NCBI GenBank assembly: GCA_951406725.2
Contig: OX597825.1
Span: 25,482,001-25,546,000, forward strand
DNA from: Octopus vulgaris
Taxonomy: Eukaryota
Reading direction: 5' to 3'
DNA length: 64,000 bases
The stretch's first letter is position 1. The number at the start of each line of letters is the position of its first letter. Under the pieces are notes generated by a model that was not told the origin of the DNA, made no database searches, and saw nothing but the letters and a program-made list of their open reading frames with translations. Shown piece after piece: positions 1-12,619 of this stretch. The position numbers and the translations under genes were made by a program.

Positions 1-468
1 AGGAGCCTATTATACTTCACTTTTGAGGAAATTAAGAGAAGCTATCAAAATCAAGAGGCGGGGCAAGATCAGCAAAGGCATCCTCCTCCTGCAGGACAAC
101 GCTCCGGTCCACAACTTGCATGTCGCCAGATCAGAAGCACAGGCGTGTGGCTATGAACTCCTCCCCCATCCCCCTACTCTCCTGACCTTGCACCCTCTGA
201 TTTTCACCTCTGCCCAGCCATGAAGTTGTTTTTGAAAAGAAAGCGTTTCCCAGATGATGCAGCCTTGATTTCTGAAGTCACGTCGTGGTTGGAGGACCAA
301 GCTGGGATCTTCTACAAAAACGGTCTCCAGAGCTGCATCAAACGATGGGAGAAATGCGTAACTCTGGGTGGTTCCAATGTAGAACAAGACGAATAACTGT
401 GCCAAGTTTCGTTGCTCTACTGCTATGGGAAGTGGGTCAGGGGCATTACGTATTGAACGCCCCTCGTA
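1..468 (+). mobile_element. Mariner (DD34D-type) transposon 3' remnant with frameshifted transposase and right TIR
   Basis: LRKLREAIKIKRRGK..ILLLQDNAPVH..ELLPHPP, then frameshift to (YS)PDLAPSDFHL..KRFPDD..EVTSWL..RWEKCV; ends ..attgaacgcccctcgTA, the reverse complement of a TACGAGGG-type mariner TIR. Confidence 0.92.
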
Positions 469-921
469 GACGCTATAGAAATAGACGGTAAATGGCTCTA
501 AAAGCAACATCAACACTCCGTTAGCTCAGGTTGTATGCGAGCAGATGAATAAATAAATAAATTTATGTGTATGTATGTATATATTATATAAATGGAACAA
601 GAACACAATAGAGGGCGTTAAAACGTTCAGATAGATAGACGATACAAAGGCGGATAAGTGAACCACAGGCAAAAAAAAAAAAGCAAAAAAAAAAACCCAG
701 ACGGGTCATACGTGACTTTCTTTCCTCAATCAAGTCCCAGAGGTCACGACCATTTCGGGCAGTTACACTTGAGATGGTTCGATCTGGTTGCTCCCAAATA
801 GTCTAAGCTAAGAGCACTAGACCTCTTTGTAAGAAAGCTAGCGAATGTGTACGGCAACTAAGACAAAAAAAACTAACAACCGAAAAAGAAAAAAAACGGG
901 GAACATAGTACACAATTACGA

Positions 922-1011
<90 letters not shown>

Positions 1012-1375
1012 TATGTTTATGTATGTGTATAAACACACGCGTATATATATGTATACACACACACTTATACACATGAACACGTATACACGGATACACTGTC
1101 ATAAATCATATATATTCAACAATAAAAAAAAGAACGCGCATAGACATATGCTTCACAAACGTAAAGTCGGTCACAGATAAACACAAAACATACGGCTAAC
1201 ATGTTGGCACATACATACACTCACACACTCTCCTATGCAAACACTTTGCGCAAACAAATTACCGACCTCTTTTGTTGACATCTGAAACCGAGACTTCATT
1301 TCCGGTCATCATCTTATTTCAAGAGTCTACTTTATCTCGAGAAACAAGCTGTTTGTTCAAATATATATATATATG

Positions 1376-1434
<59 letters not shown>

Positions 1435-1547
1435 ATATATATATATGTATATATATGTATGTACGTACGTACATATGTATGTATGTATGTATGTGTATAT
1501 GTATATATATAATATGAATAATATAAATATATACATATATATATACG

Positions 1548-1610
<63 letters not shown>

Positions 1611-1611
1611 G

Positions 1612-1644
<33 letters not shown>

Positions 1645-1724
1645 GTGTAAATATATTCATATATATATAATATATATTATTATTATTTATATTATACACA
1701 TATAATATAAATATATACACATAC

Positions 1725-1782
<58 letters not shown>

Positions 1783-1847
1783 TATATATATATTACTATT
1801 ATTATCATTTATATCATATATATATATATCCATATACATACATATAT

Positions 1848-1898
<51 letters not shown>

Positions 1899-1942
1899 TA
1901 TATATATAAGACATATATATTTTATTATTATTTACATATATA

Positions 1943-1995
<53 letters not shown>
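922..1995. repeat. Compound (TA)n/(TATG)n/(CA)n microsatellite field
   Basis: Long pure TA tracts at ~922-1010, 1362-1640, 1730-1780, 1860-1995; source of the YIYI ORFs. Confidence 0.95.
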
Positions 1996-2000
<5 letters not shown>

Positions 2001-2231
2001 GTGAATTGAAGAAATGGAGCTGAACGCAGATTGAACAGAAATCGTTCTGCGTTCAGCTCCATTTCTTCAATTCACCAATAATATTTTAATTTCAATTATC
2101 CGCACCAACGCACGGTTGCAACACCATATGGTTGTACCTCCAACCGTGCTGTTTACTGCTGTGATTTTTGCTACTAAGGTATCGGTTAAACTTTTGATTA
2201 ATCTACTACAAGATTATTCATCTTTCTATTT

Positions 2232-2233
<2 letters not shown>
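1992..2233. mobile_element. (TA)n-flanked short insert starting with a perfect 39-bp inverted repeat (probable Penelope-like pLTR fragment)
   Basis: Arms 1992-2030 and 2046-2084 are exact reverse complements with a 15-nt spacer; unique tail to ~2233, TA tracts on both sides. Confidence 0.6.
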
Positions 2234-2270
<37 letters not shown>

Positions 2271-2271
2271 T

Positions 2272-2365
<94 letters not shown>

Positions 2366-2404
2366 TATAAATGAATATATATGTGTATACATATATGCAT
2401 GTAC

Positions 2405-2665
2405 ATGTGACTGTATGGTAAGAAGTTTGCTTCCTTATCACATGGTTATCGATTTAGTCCCACTACGTGGCACCTTAGGTAAATATATCTTACTATAGTC
2501 TCAGGCCGACCAAAGCCTTGTGAGCGGATTTGGTCGGTGGAACCCGAAGGAATATTGTCATACATTCATCCATCCATCCATCCATCCATCCATCCATCCA
2601 TCCATCCATCCATCCATCCATACATCCATCCATACATACATACATACATACATACATACATACAT

Positions 2666-2707
<42 letters not shown>

Positions 2708-3172
2708 ACTTACATACATACATTCATACATATATTCTGCAAAAATCTGTAAAACTTCCCAGAAGTTTACCTATTAAGTATATATAAGCACGACTAGATA
2801 TTCAAGTATATGCATGAGAATACATACATAAAAAAATAACATGCACATCTGAACATATACATACATACATATGAAATACCCTGTTGATGTTGTTGAAATC
2901 CCAATGAGAGAGCCTCGGATCTAGGTTAGAAACTGGTTCTTTCTCTATTACCAAGAAGTCTTGAAATAAAACCTAATAATGACGCGCGCGCACTCATACA
3001 CAAATATGCATATGCATATGTGTATATGTGTGTGTGTGGCTATGTTTGTCCCCTGTTACCGCTTTACAACTAGTGTTGGTTTGTTTACGTCCCCGTAATC
3101 TCGCGGATTGACAAAAGAGACCGAGGCTTTAAAAGTAAGTCCGTGGGTGGATTCATTCGACTAAACATGCTT
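2405..3172 (+). mobile_element. Degenerate CORE-type tRNA SINE (family A) split by microsatellites
   Basis: Head 2405-2560 and tail 3040-3172 match the full copy at 8183-8662. Confidence 0.7.
2880..2983 (+). repeat. Short interspersed repeat in (CATA)n context, likely a LINE 3' tail
   Basis: ggatctaggttagaaac..tcttgaaataaa..aatgac; reverse-complement copy at ~27708-27802. Confidence 0.6.
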
Positions 3173-3188
3173 CAAAAGATACATACAT

Positions 3189-3520
3189 ACGAGGGAGAGT
3201 CAAAAATTATCCGCACTCTTGTTTTTTCGATGAATTTACACAAAAGCAGAGGTTAAACAAGTACATCATTTTTCTATATAGTCTCCTTCCCTTTCGATGC
3301 ACTTGGTCCAGCGGTCCACAGGCTTGCGTACTCCCTCTAAGAAGGTTTCCGCTTGGTCGTGCAAGCATTTATGCACAGCTCCCTTCACATCTTCATCCGT
3401 AGGAAATCGACGATCTCGTAAACAATCTTTGAGCGCTCCAAAGATATAGTAATCGGAAGGGGCAAGATCTGGGTTGTAGCCACCTCAAAACCCAATTGGT
3501 TAATGGTTTCAACGGTCTAG
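3189..3520 (-). mobile_element. Mariner 3' remnant with TIR
   Basis: TIR tacgagggagagtcaaaaattatccgc; minus strand reads PDLAPSDYYIFGALKDCLRDRRFPTDEDVKGAVHK..DRWTKCIEREGDYIEK. Confidence 0.85.
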
Positions 3521-3524
3521 TCGG

Positions 3525-4110
3525 CCGTGTATGAATGATGCTATAAGAAGTGGCCGTCAAATCACATCCCGACCTGCAACAATGCAGGAAAAGTTTAATC
3601 GCAGCCTGCAAAAATCAACACGTCAAGCAGCTCGTGAAAGTGAACTAACAAGACACACAATATGTGCTGTGTTGCTTAAAGAATTGAATTTTCGTCCGTG
3701 GAAACCCCTATTACGTGCAGGAGCTAATACCTGAAGATTGTGATCGCAGAATGAAATATGGAATGGTCTCCAAGAAGTTCAGATCGCACGCCAGGTGAGT
3801 TTTACCTGTGGGGTTACACAAAAGTGGAGGTGTACAAGACAAAACATCGCACACTGGAGTACTTGCAAACAAGGATTCAGGAGGTTCTCAATGATATCCT
3901 AGAAGACCTCCTTCAGAAGGTCGTTCATTCCATCCCTGGCTGTTTGAGAAAACTAGTTGATGCCATCGGGGATCACGTTAAAATATGAAAATTTACTTTC
4001 ATTTTCCCATGTAATAAAGAACATGTATTATTTGTTTCAATAAATTTGTAAAAGGGATATGAATTTTATTAACAAATTTTAATGCCTACTTACTTTTTAC
4101 CCACCTTGTA
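3525..4110 (+). mobile_element. Tc1/mariner remnant, rosa/DD41D-like, internally deleted
   Basis: KSTRQAARE..ELNFRPWKP..; EWSPRSSDRTPGEFYLWGYTKVEVYKTK.. resembles WPPRSPDLTPxDFFLWG; end ..tttacccaccttgTA resembles a CAGGGTG-type TIR. Confidence 0.8.
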
Positions 4111-4857
4111 AATATATATATATATATATATATAACAAAGTGAAGTTGTAAGGTTCCGCACGAGTGGAAATATATATGAAAGAAGGTTTGAAAATGCAAT
4201 TTTAAAGATGTTTATTCATTTGACCGGTTTCACGTTTTTAGAAAAAGATTGTCAAAAGTAAAATGTAAAGCTTTGTATAAGCTTTGTTGTGTTAGGTATT
4301 GGTTGTCACAAAATATTACAATATATATATATATATACATTCTTTGATAATAATAAGAAAATGTTAAAAACAGTTTACAAAGGAATATCTTGGGAAAATA
4401 TTAAACAAAAAGTTCATTAAAAATATTAGGATTTCATTAAAAATTATGTTTGTTTGGAAGTATATATATATATATATACACAGAAAATTATAAGTTAAGA
4501 AAAAGTCATATTTGGAAGTATATATGTACACAGAAGGAGATATATTTAGTTTACAAAGAATTTGAGATGAACTGACCTGTTTTAGCATTTTTAAGTCTCG
4601 CTTGCCTAATTTTCCTGATTTTTCTGTTCATGTTTATAATTACATTGAGAGAGAAATATGTTACGCCATTATCGATCTAACAAAGGCATTTGATACGGTT
4701 AGCAGTCACTTGCTGTGCCGTCTGCTGCACAACAGTTCCTCGAAGTTTAGTAACTGAAACCACGATCCTGCCACCGTGAGTGCAACAACCTAATCACTAG
4801 GCCACATGAACGCTCACTATATATATACACACACACACAAATCTATCTATCTATTTA

Positions 4858-5031
4858 TTGATCACCTCCCCCTTTTTTTCACGATCCCCTTTGATCGGAA
4901 TTCCACCCCCTTTTTTCACAATCCCATTTGATCGAAATTCGCCCCCTACTTTTTTCCTTCTCTTCTTCCTAAAAAGAAAAGCTCTACTTTGTATATTGTC
5001 CCTTCTTTCTTTAGCCCTGTGTGGCCAATAA

Positions 5032-5032
<1 letters not shown>
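4858..5032 (+). mobile_element. LINE 3' UTR fragment (probably L1/Tx1 type) followed by (TATC)n
   Basis: ..tttgatcg..aaagaaaagctctac..ttagccctgtgtggccaataaa; related copy at ~52500-52645. Confidence 0.6.
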
Positions 5033-5123
<91 letters not shown>

Positions 5124-5144
5124 GTCTATCTATCTATCTATCTA

Positions 5145-5233
<89 letters not shown>

Positions 5234-5270
5234 TTGTCTGTCTGTTTGTCTGGCATCTCTATCTATCTCA
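5032..5270. repeat. (TATC)n/(TGTC)n microsatellite
   Basis: Direct reading. Confidence 0.95.
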
Positions 5271-5987
5271 CTCTTCCTTCAAAGATGGAATAGATTGCCA
5301 CCAAAATACTTGTTGCAGACAGCTTGCAAGGCATTGCACCAAGTGTGCTTGAATTCTTGAAACAATTGTTAGGCCATATCTGCGCACTTTTCTTCTCATC
5401 CAGTATTGAATTCTCCTCAGATGACCTTCCTTATCCTATCTATTATCAATAGTACGGACTTACCTTATAACTATTCCGGGAGATCACTAGCATATTTGAC
5501 TATTCTGATCATCCCTCAATATATCATTTATTGATCTTTTTTGAGCTAAACTTCTGAAACAATATTTTTTACCTTCAAGTTGTGTAAATATATAAATAGA
5601 TAAATCCCATAATCTCACCAAATACAAGTTTTCTGCCTGTATATACATATATACGTACAGATACACATACACATATATATGAATATATATATGCACGCAC
5701 ATATATATACATGTGTGTGTTTGTGTGTGCATACATGTGTGCGTGTGTGTATTTATACATATATACATATGTAATTATGTATATATATATATGTATACAT
5801 ACTTATGAATATGTATGCACACACAGAGAACACACACACACACACATAAACAGGAGGTGTTATAGTTCAAATTCCGCCGAGTTTGTCTTTAGCACTCACC
5901 CTTTCAGAGTCGATTACTTAGGTACCAGTCAAACAAAATGTAATCGACTCCCCATCACAGTTCCCGCCTTGTATCCGTAGCAGAAAT

Positions 5988-5988
5988 T

Positions 5989-6044
<56 letters not shown>

Positions 6045-6112
6045 TATCATCATCATCATCATCATCATCATTATAATCATTATCATCATCATCATTATCA
6101 TCATCATCATCA

Positions 6113-6189
<77 letters not shown>

Positions 6190-6190
6190 T
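5988..6190. repeat. (ATC)n-(ATT)n microsatellite
   Basis: Direct reading. Confidence 0.95.
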
Positions 6191-7245
6191 TGATTTGTCC
6201 CAGGTTCAGTGTTATTCCTGGTAGGGATTGTGTGGATAGCGGGTTACTACCTATAACCTTAGGTATCCTCAAGATATTGGCAGTCCTTTAAGTGCCTAGA
6301 ACCCTCCTGATAGTCCTTGCTGTTCCCAAGAGACAAACTTTCTGTAGGAACTCTTCCGGGAAGTCTATTTCAATCTCCCTCAGCCATTTGTCTATATCTT
6401 TGCTTACTGATCCCAGCCCACCAATTATTATAGGTCTGACCCTTACTGTTCACATGCTCAAAATTCTTCCTATTTCAAATTTTTGGAGATTGCATTTTTT
6501 TGTTTTTCTTCTACCTTGACGATCCTGGAATCAAATGAGCCCGATGGGTCGATAAGTAAGTAACAACTTCGTTTTACCTTATCTATGACTAGCAGTATCG
6601 CCCGGCTTTGCTCGGGTTTGTAAGGGAAATAACTATATAAGCATTTTTAGAGAGTTATAGCCAAAAAAATAGCAAAAAAATGCATTATAAATGGAAAAAA
6701 TATTATGGTAAATTTTTTTAAAAATCGTTGACTCATCGTAGACATTTTTAGAGAGTTACTTCCCTTATATAATAGCGAAAAATGCATTAAAATGGAAAAA
6801 AATGATGGTAAATTATTTTTAAAATCGTAGACTCATCGTAAACGCGCGCTAATACCCAGAAGTGCTCGATATGAATCACGACTATAAGATACCCGCTTTT
6901 GGTTAAACTGCACCGCAAAATGTGGGAGTAGTTAGGAATCTAAATCGTAGGAGACATACACATAACTTCACTTTTATATATAAAGATTTTAATATCTAGT
7001 CTATTGTTTTCTAATTTCGTGTCCATTTGAATTGGAAAGTCCCACAAAAATCTTACATTTCTCCGACTCCTGTACTCTTTCGACTCGATAACTGTACCTT
7101 GTGTTTCTAGATTCAAATCCCCATTTCTGGCAAAGTTTTCTAGTGTAAAACTATCAAAACCTGGTCATGCCTCCATTTCTTTCTTATATTCTTCCTGTGC
7201 CAACTTGAGGGGTATTCTGTCAGAATGTGTGTCACTGTCTCGCTC
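6190..7245 (-). mobile_element. R4/Dong-clade non-LTR retrotransposon 3' fragment (REL endonuclease domain plus 3' UTR), interrupted by a Helitron
   Basis: Minus strand: RHDQV..QMDTKLENNRLDIKIIDKVKRSCYLLID..PIIIGGLGSVSK..LQKVCLLGTARTIRRVLGT*; 3' end runs into (TAA)n. Confidence 0.8.
6589..6986 (-). mobile_element. Non-autonomous Helitron
   Basis: Minus strand begins TC(TTTATATATAAAAG), ends with hairpin cccgagcaaagccggg followed by CTAG, inserted between A and T with no TSD; internal ~100-bp duplication. Confidence 0.88.
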
Positions 7246-7288
7246 CAAGTACCACAGGCTCTACATTTTTCTGCCACATTCTCTCCCG

Positions 7289-7312
7289 ATCATCATCATC
7301 ATCATCATCGCC

Positions 7313-7359
<47 letters not shown>

Positions 7360-7572
7360 GATCATGATCATGATCATGATCATCATCGCCATCATCATGA
7401 TCATCATGATCATCATGATCATCATCATGATGATGATGATCATCATTGCCATCATCATCGCCATCATCATCGCCATCATCATCATCATCGTCAGCATCAT
7501 CATCGCCATCATCATCATCATCATTATCATCATCATCATCATCATCATCATCATCGTCATCATCATCACTAC
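7289..7572. repeat. (CAT)n microsatellite
   Basis: Direct reading; source of poly-His/Ile/Ser ORFs. Confidence 0.95.
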
Positions 7573-8182
7573 CACCGATGATATTGGCACAAATCTATTT
7601 ATATATATTTGCGAAAGGTTTATTCAAGAGTGGTATTTATTTTATCAAATCCAGAGGCTTGGAAAGCGAACTCAGTGACGGAGGGATTTGAATGAATAAA
7701 AGAAAGAGATTCATTAAAAATATATACCGCATCTCTTTCCCAATAACATTATTACTGAAGTGACATGGTTCCGAAGTAGCAGAAACGCTAGAACGCCGGA
7801 ACATTAATACTCATTGGTATGTTGCTTGGTCCTTATTGGCCATGAATTTAACTCTCATAAGATTTCGCTTTCATTTTCATTCTTCAATGTAATTAGAACC
7901 AATCAGAGCACTAATTATTCCATTCACGAGAAAACAATATCGCGTCCGTATTAAAATGGCGGAAATAATTGCCGTTAGTATTACGAATATCATCAAAATT
8001 CCATGTTGATAACATCAACGGATTTTCTTGGGATTTCCTAACAAAGAAACAAACATCAAAAGTCTTTGTAAAAGATTCGTGCATGCATAGCTAAGTTGTT
8101 AAGGAGTTTGTTTCATGGCCATTTGGTTTTGAGTTCACTCTCACTGTGTAGACATTATGTATGCATAATTATATATGTATAC

Positions 8183-8356
8183 AGGCGTAGGAGTGGCTGT
8201 GTGGTAAGTAGCTTGCTTACCAACCATATGGTTCCGGGTTCATTCCCACTGCGTGACACCTTGGGGCAAGTGTCTTCTACTATAGCCTCGGGCCGACCAA
8301 AAACCTTGTGAGTGGATTTGGTAGATGAAAACTGAAAGAAGCCCGTCGTATATATG

Positions 8357-8438
<82 letters not shown>

Positions 8439-8662
8439 TGTATGTGTGTGTATAAGTTTGTGTGTCTGTGTTTTTCCCCCCACCCAACATCACTTAACAA
8501 CCGATGCTGTTGTGTTTACGTCCCCGTCACTTAGCGGTTCGGCAAAAGAGACCGATAGAATAAGTACTGGGCTTAATAAAAATTAGTCCCGGGGTCGAGT
8601 TGCTCGATTAAAGGCGGTGCTCCAGCATGGCCGCAGTCAAATGACTGAAACAAGTAAAAGAG
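8183..8662 (+). mobile_element. Full-length CORE-type tRNA-derived SINE (family A) with internal microsatellite
   Basis: A-box-like tggctgtgtggt, B-box-like ggttcattccc, CORE-like ccttggggcaagtgtctt, tail ..aatgactgaaacaagtaaaag; many copies in window. Confidence 0.9.
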
Positions 8663-9789
8663 AGAAAGAGAAAGAGAGGAAGTTGAACTTAATTGAATGA
8701 AGCAACGAAACATTTTCCAATTATCTATTGCTCCCACTGTCTATTTCAGTTAGTTATAAACACCTGTGGATACGTATTTATAGCAATGGCTTAAAAAAAA
8801 ACTTGCAACATCAGTAAATAAATTAGTCTAAAATAATTTGAATAAGCCAAAATATATTTTTCTCAATCACTGGGAAACTGGAAATCAAAGCCGGAAATCT
8901 GCTGGGACTCGAACTTGAAACTTAGAAGTATGGAACTAGATAGAGCTGACTATTTACTCATTCTCCGCACTCTGCATCGCCACAGCCTTGCAGAAAGAAG
9001 TTTTAATTCTAATTTTCCTGGACGGTAATTAAACTCAGCATCTGTGCATTCTAATGAGAAATTGCCTACAGTCCAGTCTCCGTTCGACTTCAGGAGGTCT
9101 TCACGCGCACGCATACGCACGCATACGCACACAAACACACACACACGCACGCACACACACACCTACACACACACACACACACACACACCTACACACACAC
9201 ACACACACACTATTACACATACACAAGTGAATGTAAGTGTGGGTGCCCTTGTGCATACACATACAAATATGTGAATGTATATATACACACACACACAGAG
9301 ATACACACGTGAACGCACGCATATATACACACGCATGCACACACACATTTATGATGAAATCGGGTGAGCTGAAACTTCGAAGTCACTATGAACCATTTTC
9401 TTGTAAAATTTATAATTTTAATTATACTTTAATATAGAAAATTGAGCAACCATATAGTTTAATATTAAATTTTTTATACATATAACTCGACATAAAATCA
9501 AACGTTAAATACATGCATCCTTCTATACAAAAATACACACACACACCACACACGCACGCATGTATATAAGTATATGTATTGTTATGTATTCGTATATGTT
9601 CGAATGGGCCAACAATCAAGAGAAAAGTATATAAAAGTGTAGTGATATGAACTCTCACCCCCTCAAGAAATCAGTCAAAAAAGAAATCATATCTAAAAGA
9701 ACAAAAGCACGGTGGTGCTTCAGCATGGCCGTAACCACATGGTTCAAATAAAAAAAAAAAATAAAAGAACACACGCACATTCACACATC

Positions 9790-10035
9790 AAAGAAAATGA
9801 GATGACTAAGGAATATATGATTCTCGTATGAACATCATTAGCTTAGAATGTAGTGGACTCATAGCTTCGTCAGAGCCTCGAATATTAAGCACACTTTATA
9901 ACCGAAGCTTCGATGAAGCTATTAGGCGTTACTCAAGCACTCAACTATGAGTCCACTGCATCCGATAGCAGAAATAACTGTAAGCTAATGAAGTTCATAA
10001 GATAATCATTTATTCATGCGTCATCTTTCTTTCTT
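9790..10035. mobile_element. Foldback/MITE-like element with long imperfect terminal inverted repeats
   Basis: atgaacatcattagctta..gtagtggactcatag pairs with ctatgagtccactgc..taagctaatgaagttcat. Confidence 0.6.
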
Positions 10036-10181
10036 ATTAACGCTCTATACTCGACTAACACTTCATTTTGAAAGATACGTATATTGAGTTCTACACTAGG
10101 TTATTAATCTCGCAGCGCTTAAATAACAAGCATTGCTATGCTATGAAACGGTCATAGTCCACTTTATATTATATATGTACA

Positions 10182-10255
<74 letters not shown>

Positions 10256-10287
10256 AACATATATATATATATATATAAAATTACAAG

Positions 10288-10872
10288 AGAGATAACCGCC
10301 CCATAAGCGAAGCTAGATCACTATACTAGACTAGTTTCGTCTGAAGATTACAAGTTCGTCAGTAGCGACTACTCCATCGCCGAATGGCTTGGTTATATCC
10401 GGACTGTCAGTAGATATATATATTTACTATAAAAATTTATGGCTGATTTAGCAAAAATGGTAATGTGAAATTTACAATCAGTGACAACTGAATTTTTTTG
10501 TTTTTGGTCTTATAGCATGTAGAGCTGCCTTCGTTATTTTATAATTTTCATATTTACATTTTGCGAAATCAACCATTAATTTATGTAGTAAATATATATA
10601 CTGACAGTCAGGATTTAACCTTACCATTCGGCGATGGAGAAGTCACAAATGACGAGATAATTTTTAAACGAAATTAGTCTACCATAGTGATCTAGCTTCG
10701 CTTATAGGGCGGCTGTCCCAACTGTCAGTATAAGAAAATGTGCTTTCTTGTAGCTCTAAGGGTTTTAACTCTTATTTCTAGCAATATAGATACCACCCGG
10801 CACCCTCAGTTAGTGACGACTGAATTTTTCCTTTTTGGTTTCATATTGCGTATAGCTGCCTTCGTTATGTTT
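10288..10872. mobile_element. Penelope-like pLTR fragment: diverged inverted repeat (~185 bp arms) plus a direct repeat
   Basis: 10290-10475 inverted against ~10540-10720; spacer 10478-10538 repeated directly at ~10810-10870; follows (TA)n. Confidence 0.7.
10325..10366 (-). ncRNA. Minimal type-I hammerhead ribozyme motif
   Basis: Minus: gcta-CTGACGA-acttgtaatcttcagac-GAAACTAGTC-tagt; stem I gcta/tagt, palindromic stem III ACTAGT, GUC cleavage triplet; stem II weak. Confidence 0.65.
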
Positions 10873-11097
10873 AAATATATATGAAGTATATGATTTAATT
10901 TATTAAACACAGTTTAACAAATTCATTCATATTTCTGTAAATGGAGGAGATTATATGTTTAAATGGATTCTAGTTTTCTAACAACGTTAGAAATCTTTGG
11001 AAATTATTCCAATCTGTAGGACGAACTCGCATTCAATCTCTAAAAATATATAGATATAAAAGTATAAATAATATATAAACTTCTATATATATATCAC

Positions 11098-11371
11098 CGT
11101 GACCGTGACCGACCAGGTTATCAGATGTTGCTACACATCGCTGGTAACAATGCGCTTCGCATTGTTTTAGCCTTCAAATGATGCCACCCCGCTGGCTAAG
11201 CGAGCAGTCCAACAGATGAAAGAGTGAGAGAAAGTTTGGGCGAAAGAGTACAGCAGGGAGCTTTAGGTGTTTTCGCTCAATAAACACTCACAACGCCCGG
11301 TCTGGGAATCGAAACCGCGATCATACAACTGCAAGTCCTCTGACCTAACCACTGGGCCATTGCGCTTCCAC
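11098..11371 (-). mobile_element. tRNA-derived SINE family C (tail type 3, ends in (CACGGT)n)
   Basis: Head gtggaagcgcaatggcccagtggttag..gtttcgattcccagaccggg shared with 14426 and 50964. Confidence 0.85.
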
Positions 11372-11917
11372 ACACACAGACACGCACACACACACATACA
11401 CACACACACACACATATATTGTTCTGATTACGTCCTCGTAACTTAGCGCTTCTGCAAAAGAAACTGACATAATAAGTACCAGATTAAACAAAAAAATGTA
11501 GTGGGGTCAATTTGTTCAACTAAGCCCTTCAAGACGGGGTCCCAACAAAGCCGCGGTCCAATGACTAGAGCCAGTAAAAGATAAAAGATAAAGTTTCAGA
11601 CTTTGAATTTTGTTTTCAATGAATATTTCTTAATTGAAATTTATATTCCACCATGATATATAACGTAGCAGATTTCATTATCTCCCCTAACGTTCTTTGA
11701 CATATCACAACTATTAGCGTCAGAGCTTCAAAGTATTGGAAAGAAAAAAAAATAACATTGTCGTTTTTCATTGCTAAACTAACAATTACATAAATAGCTT
11801 TAACGACTGTGTGTCTCTGAAGAGAGAGAGAGAAAAAAATTCTTTTGAAATAAAATTTTTCTGTTTATTCCATTTTAAGAATCAATTGTTGACAAGAGAT
11901 ATGAAAGATTTACACTT

Positions 11918-11952
11918 CAATGAATAATAATAATAACAATAACAACAGCAAC

Positions 11953-12014
<62 letters not shown>

Positions 12015-12187
12015 TAACAAAAGCAACAACAATAATAATAATAATAATGATAATAATAATAATAATGATAATAATAATAATAATAATGATAATAATAATG
12101 ATAATAATAATAATGATAATAATAATAATAATAATAATAATGATAATAATAATGATAATAATGATAATGATAATAATAATAATAATG

Positions 12188-12224
<37 letters not shown>

Positions 12225-12256
12225 TAATAATAATAATAATGATAATAATAATAATG

Positions 12257-12341
<85 letters not shown>

Positions 12342-12345
12342 TAAA
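11918..12345. repeat. (AAT)n microsatellite with GAT interruptions
   Basis: Direct reading. Confidence 0.95.
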
Positions 12346-12619
12346 ATGAACTGCTTTCAGAAATCTTTATCGTGTTAATTTTAGTATCTGATAACAAAGG
12401 CAATATTCTTTGTTATCTTGTAGATATAATGCAATTTGTTTTTCTTATTGTAGATTAAATTGTAGAATGAAAGAAACTTATACAATCAAGGAATGTCTAA
12501 CTCCGTTTTTGATACTTCTTCGGAGATATTTCACTTCATTTCTTCTTAGAATTCTCTTCGATTCTAAAATAGAAGTCTTCCTCGAACCTCTCCATGTTTA
12601 TCCAGATCTTACGAGACAT

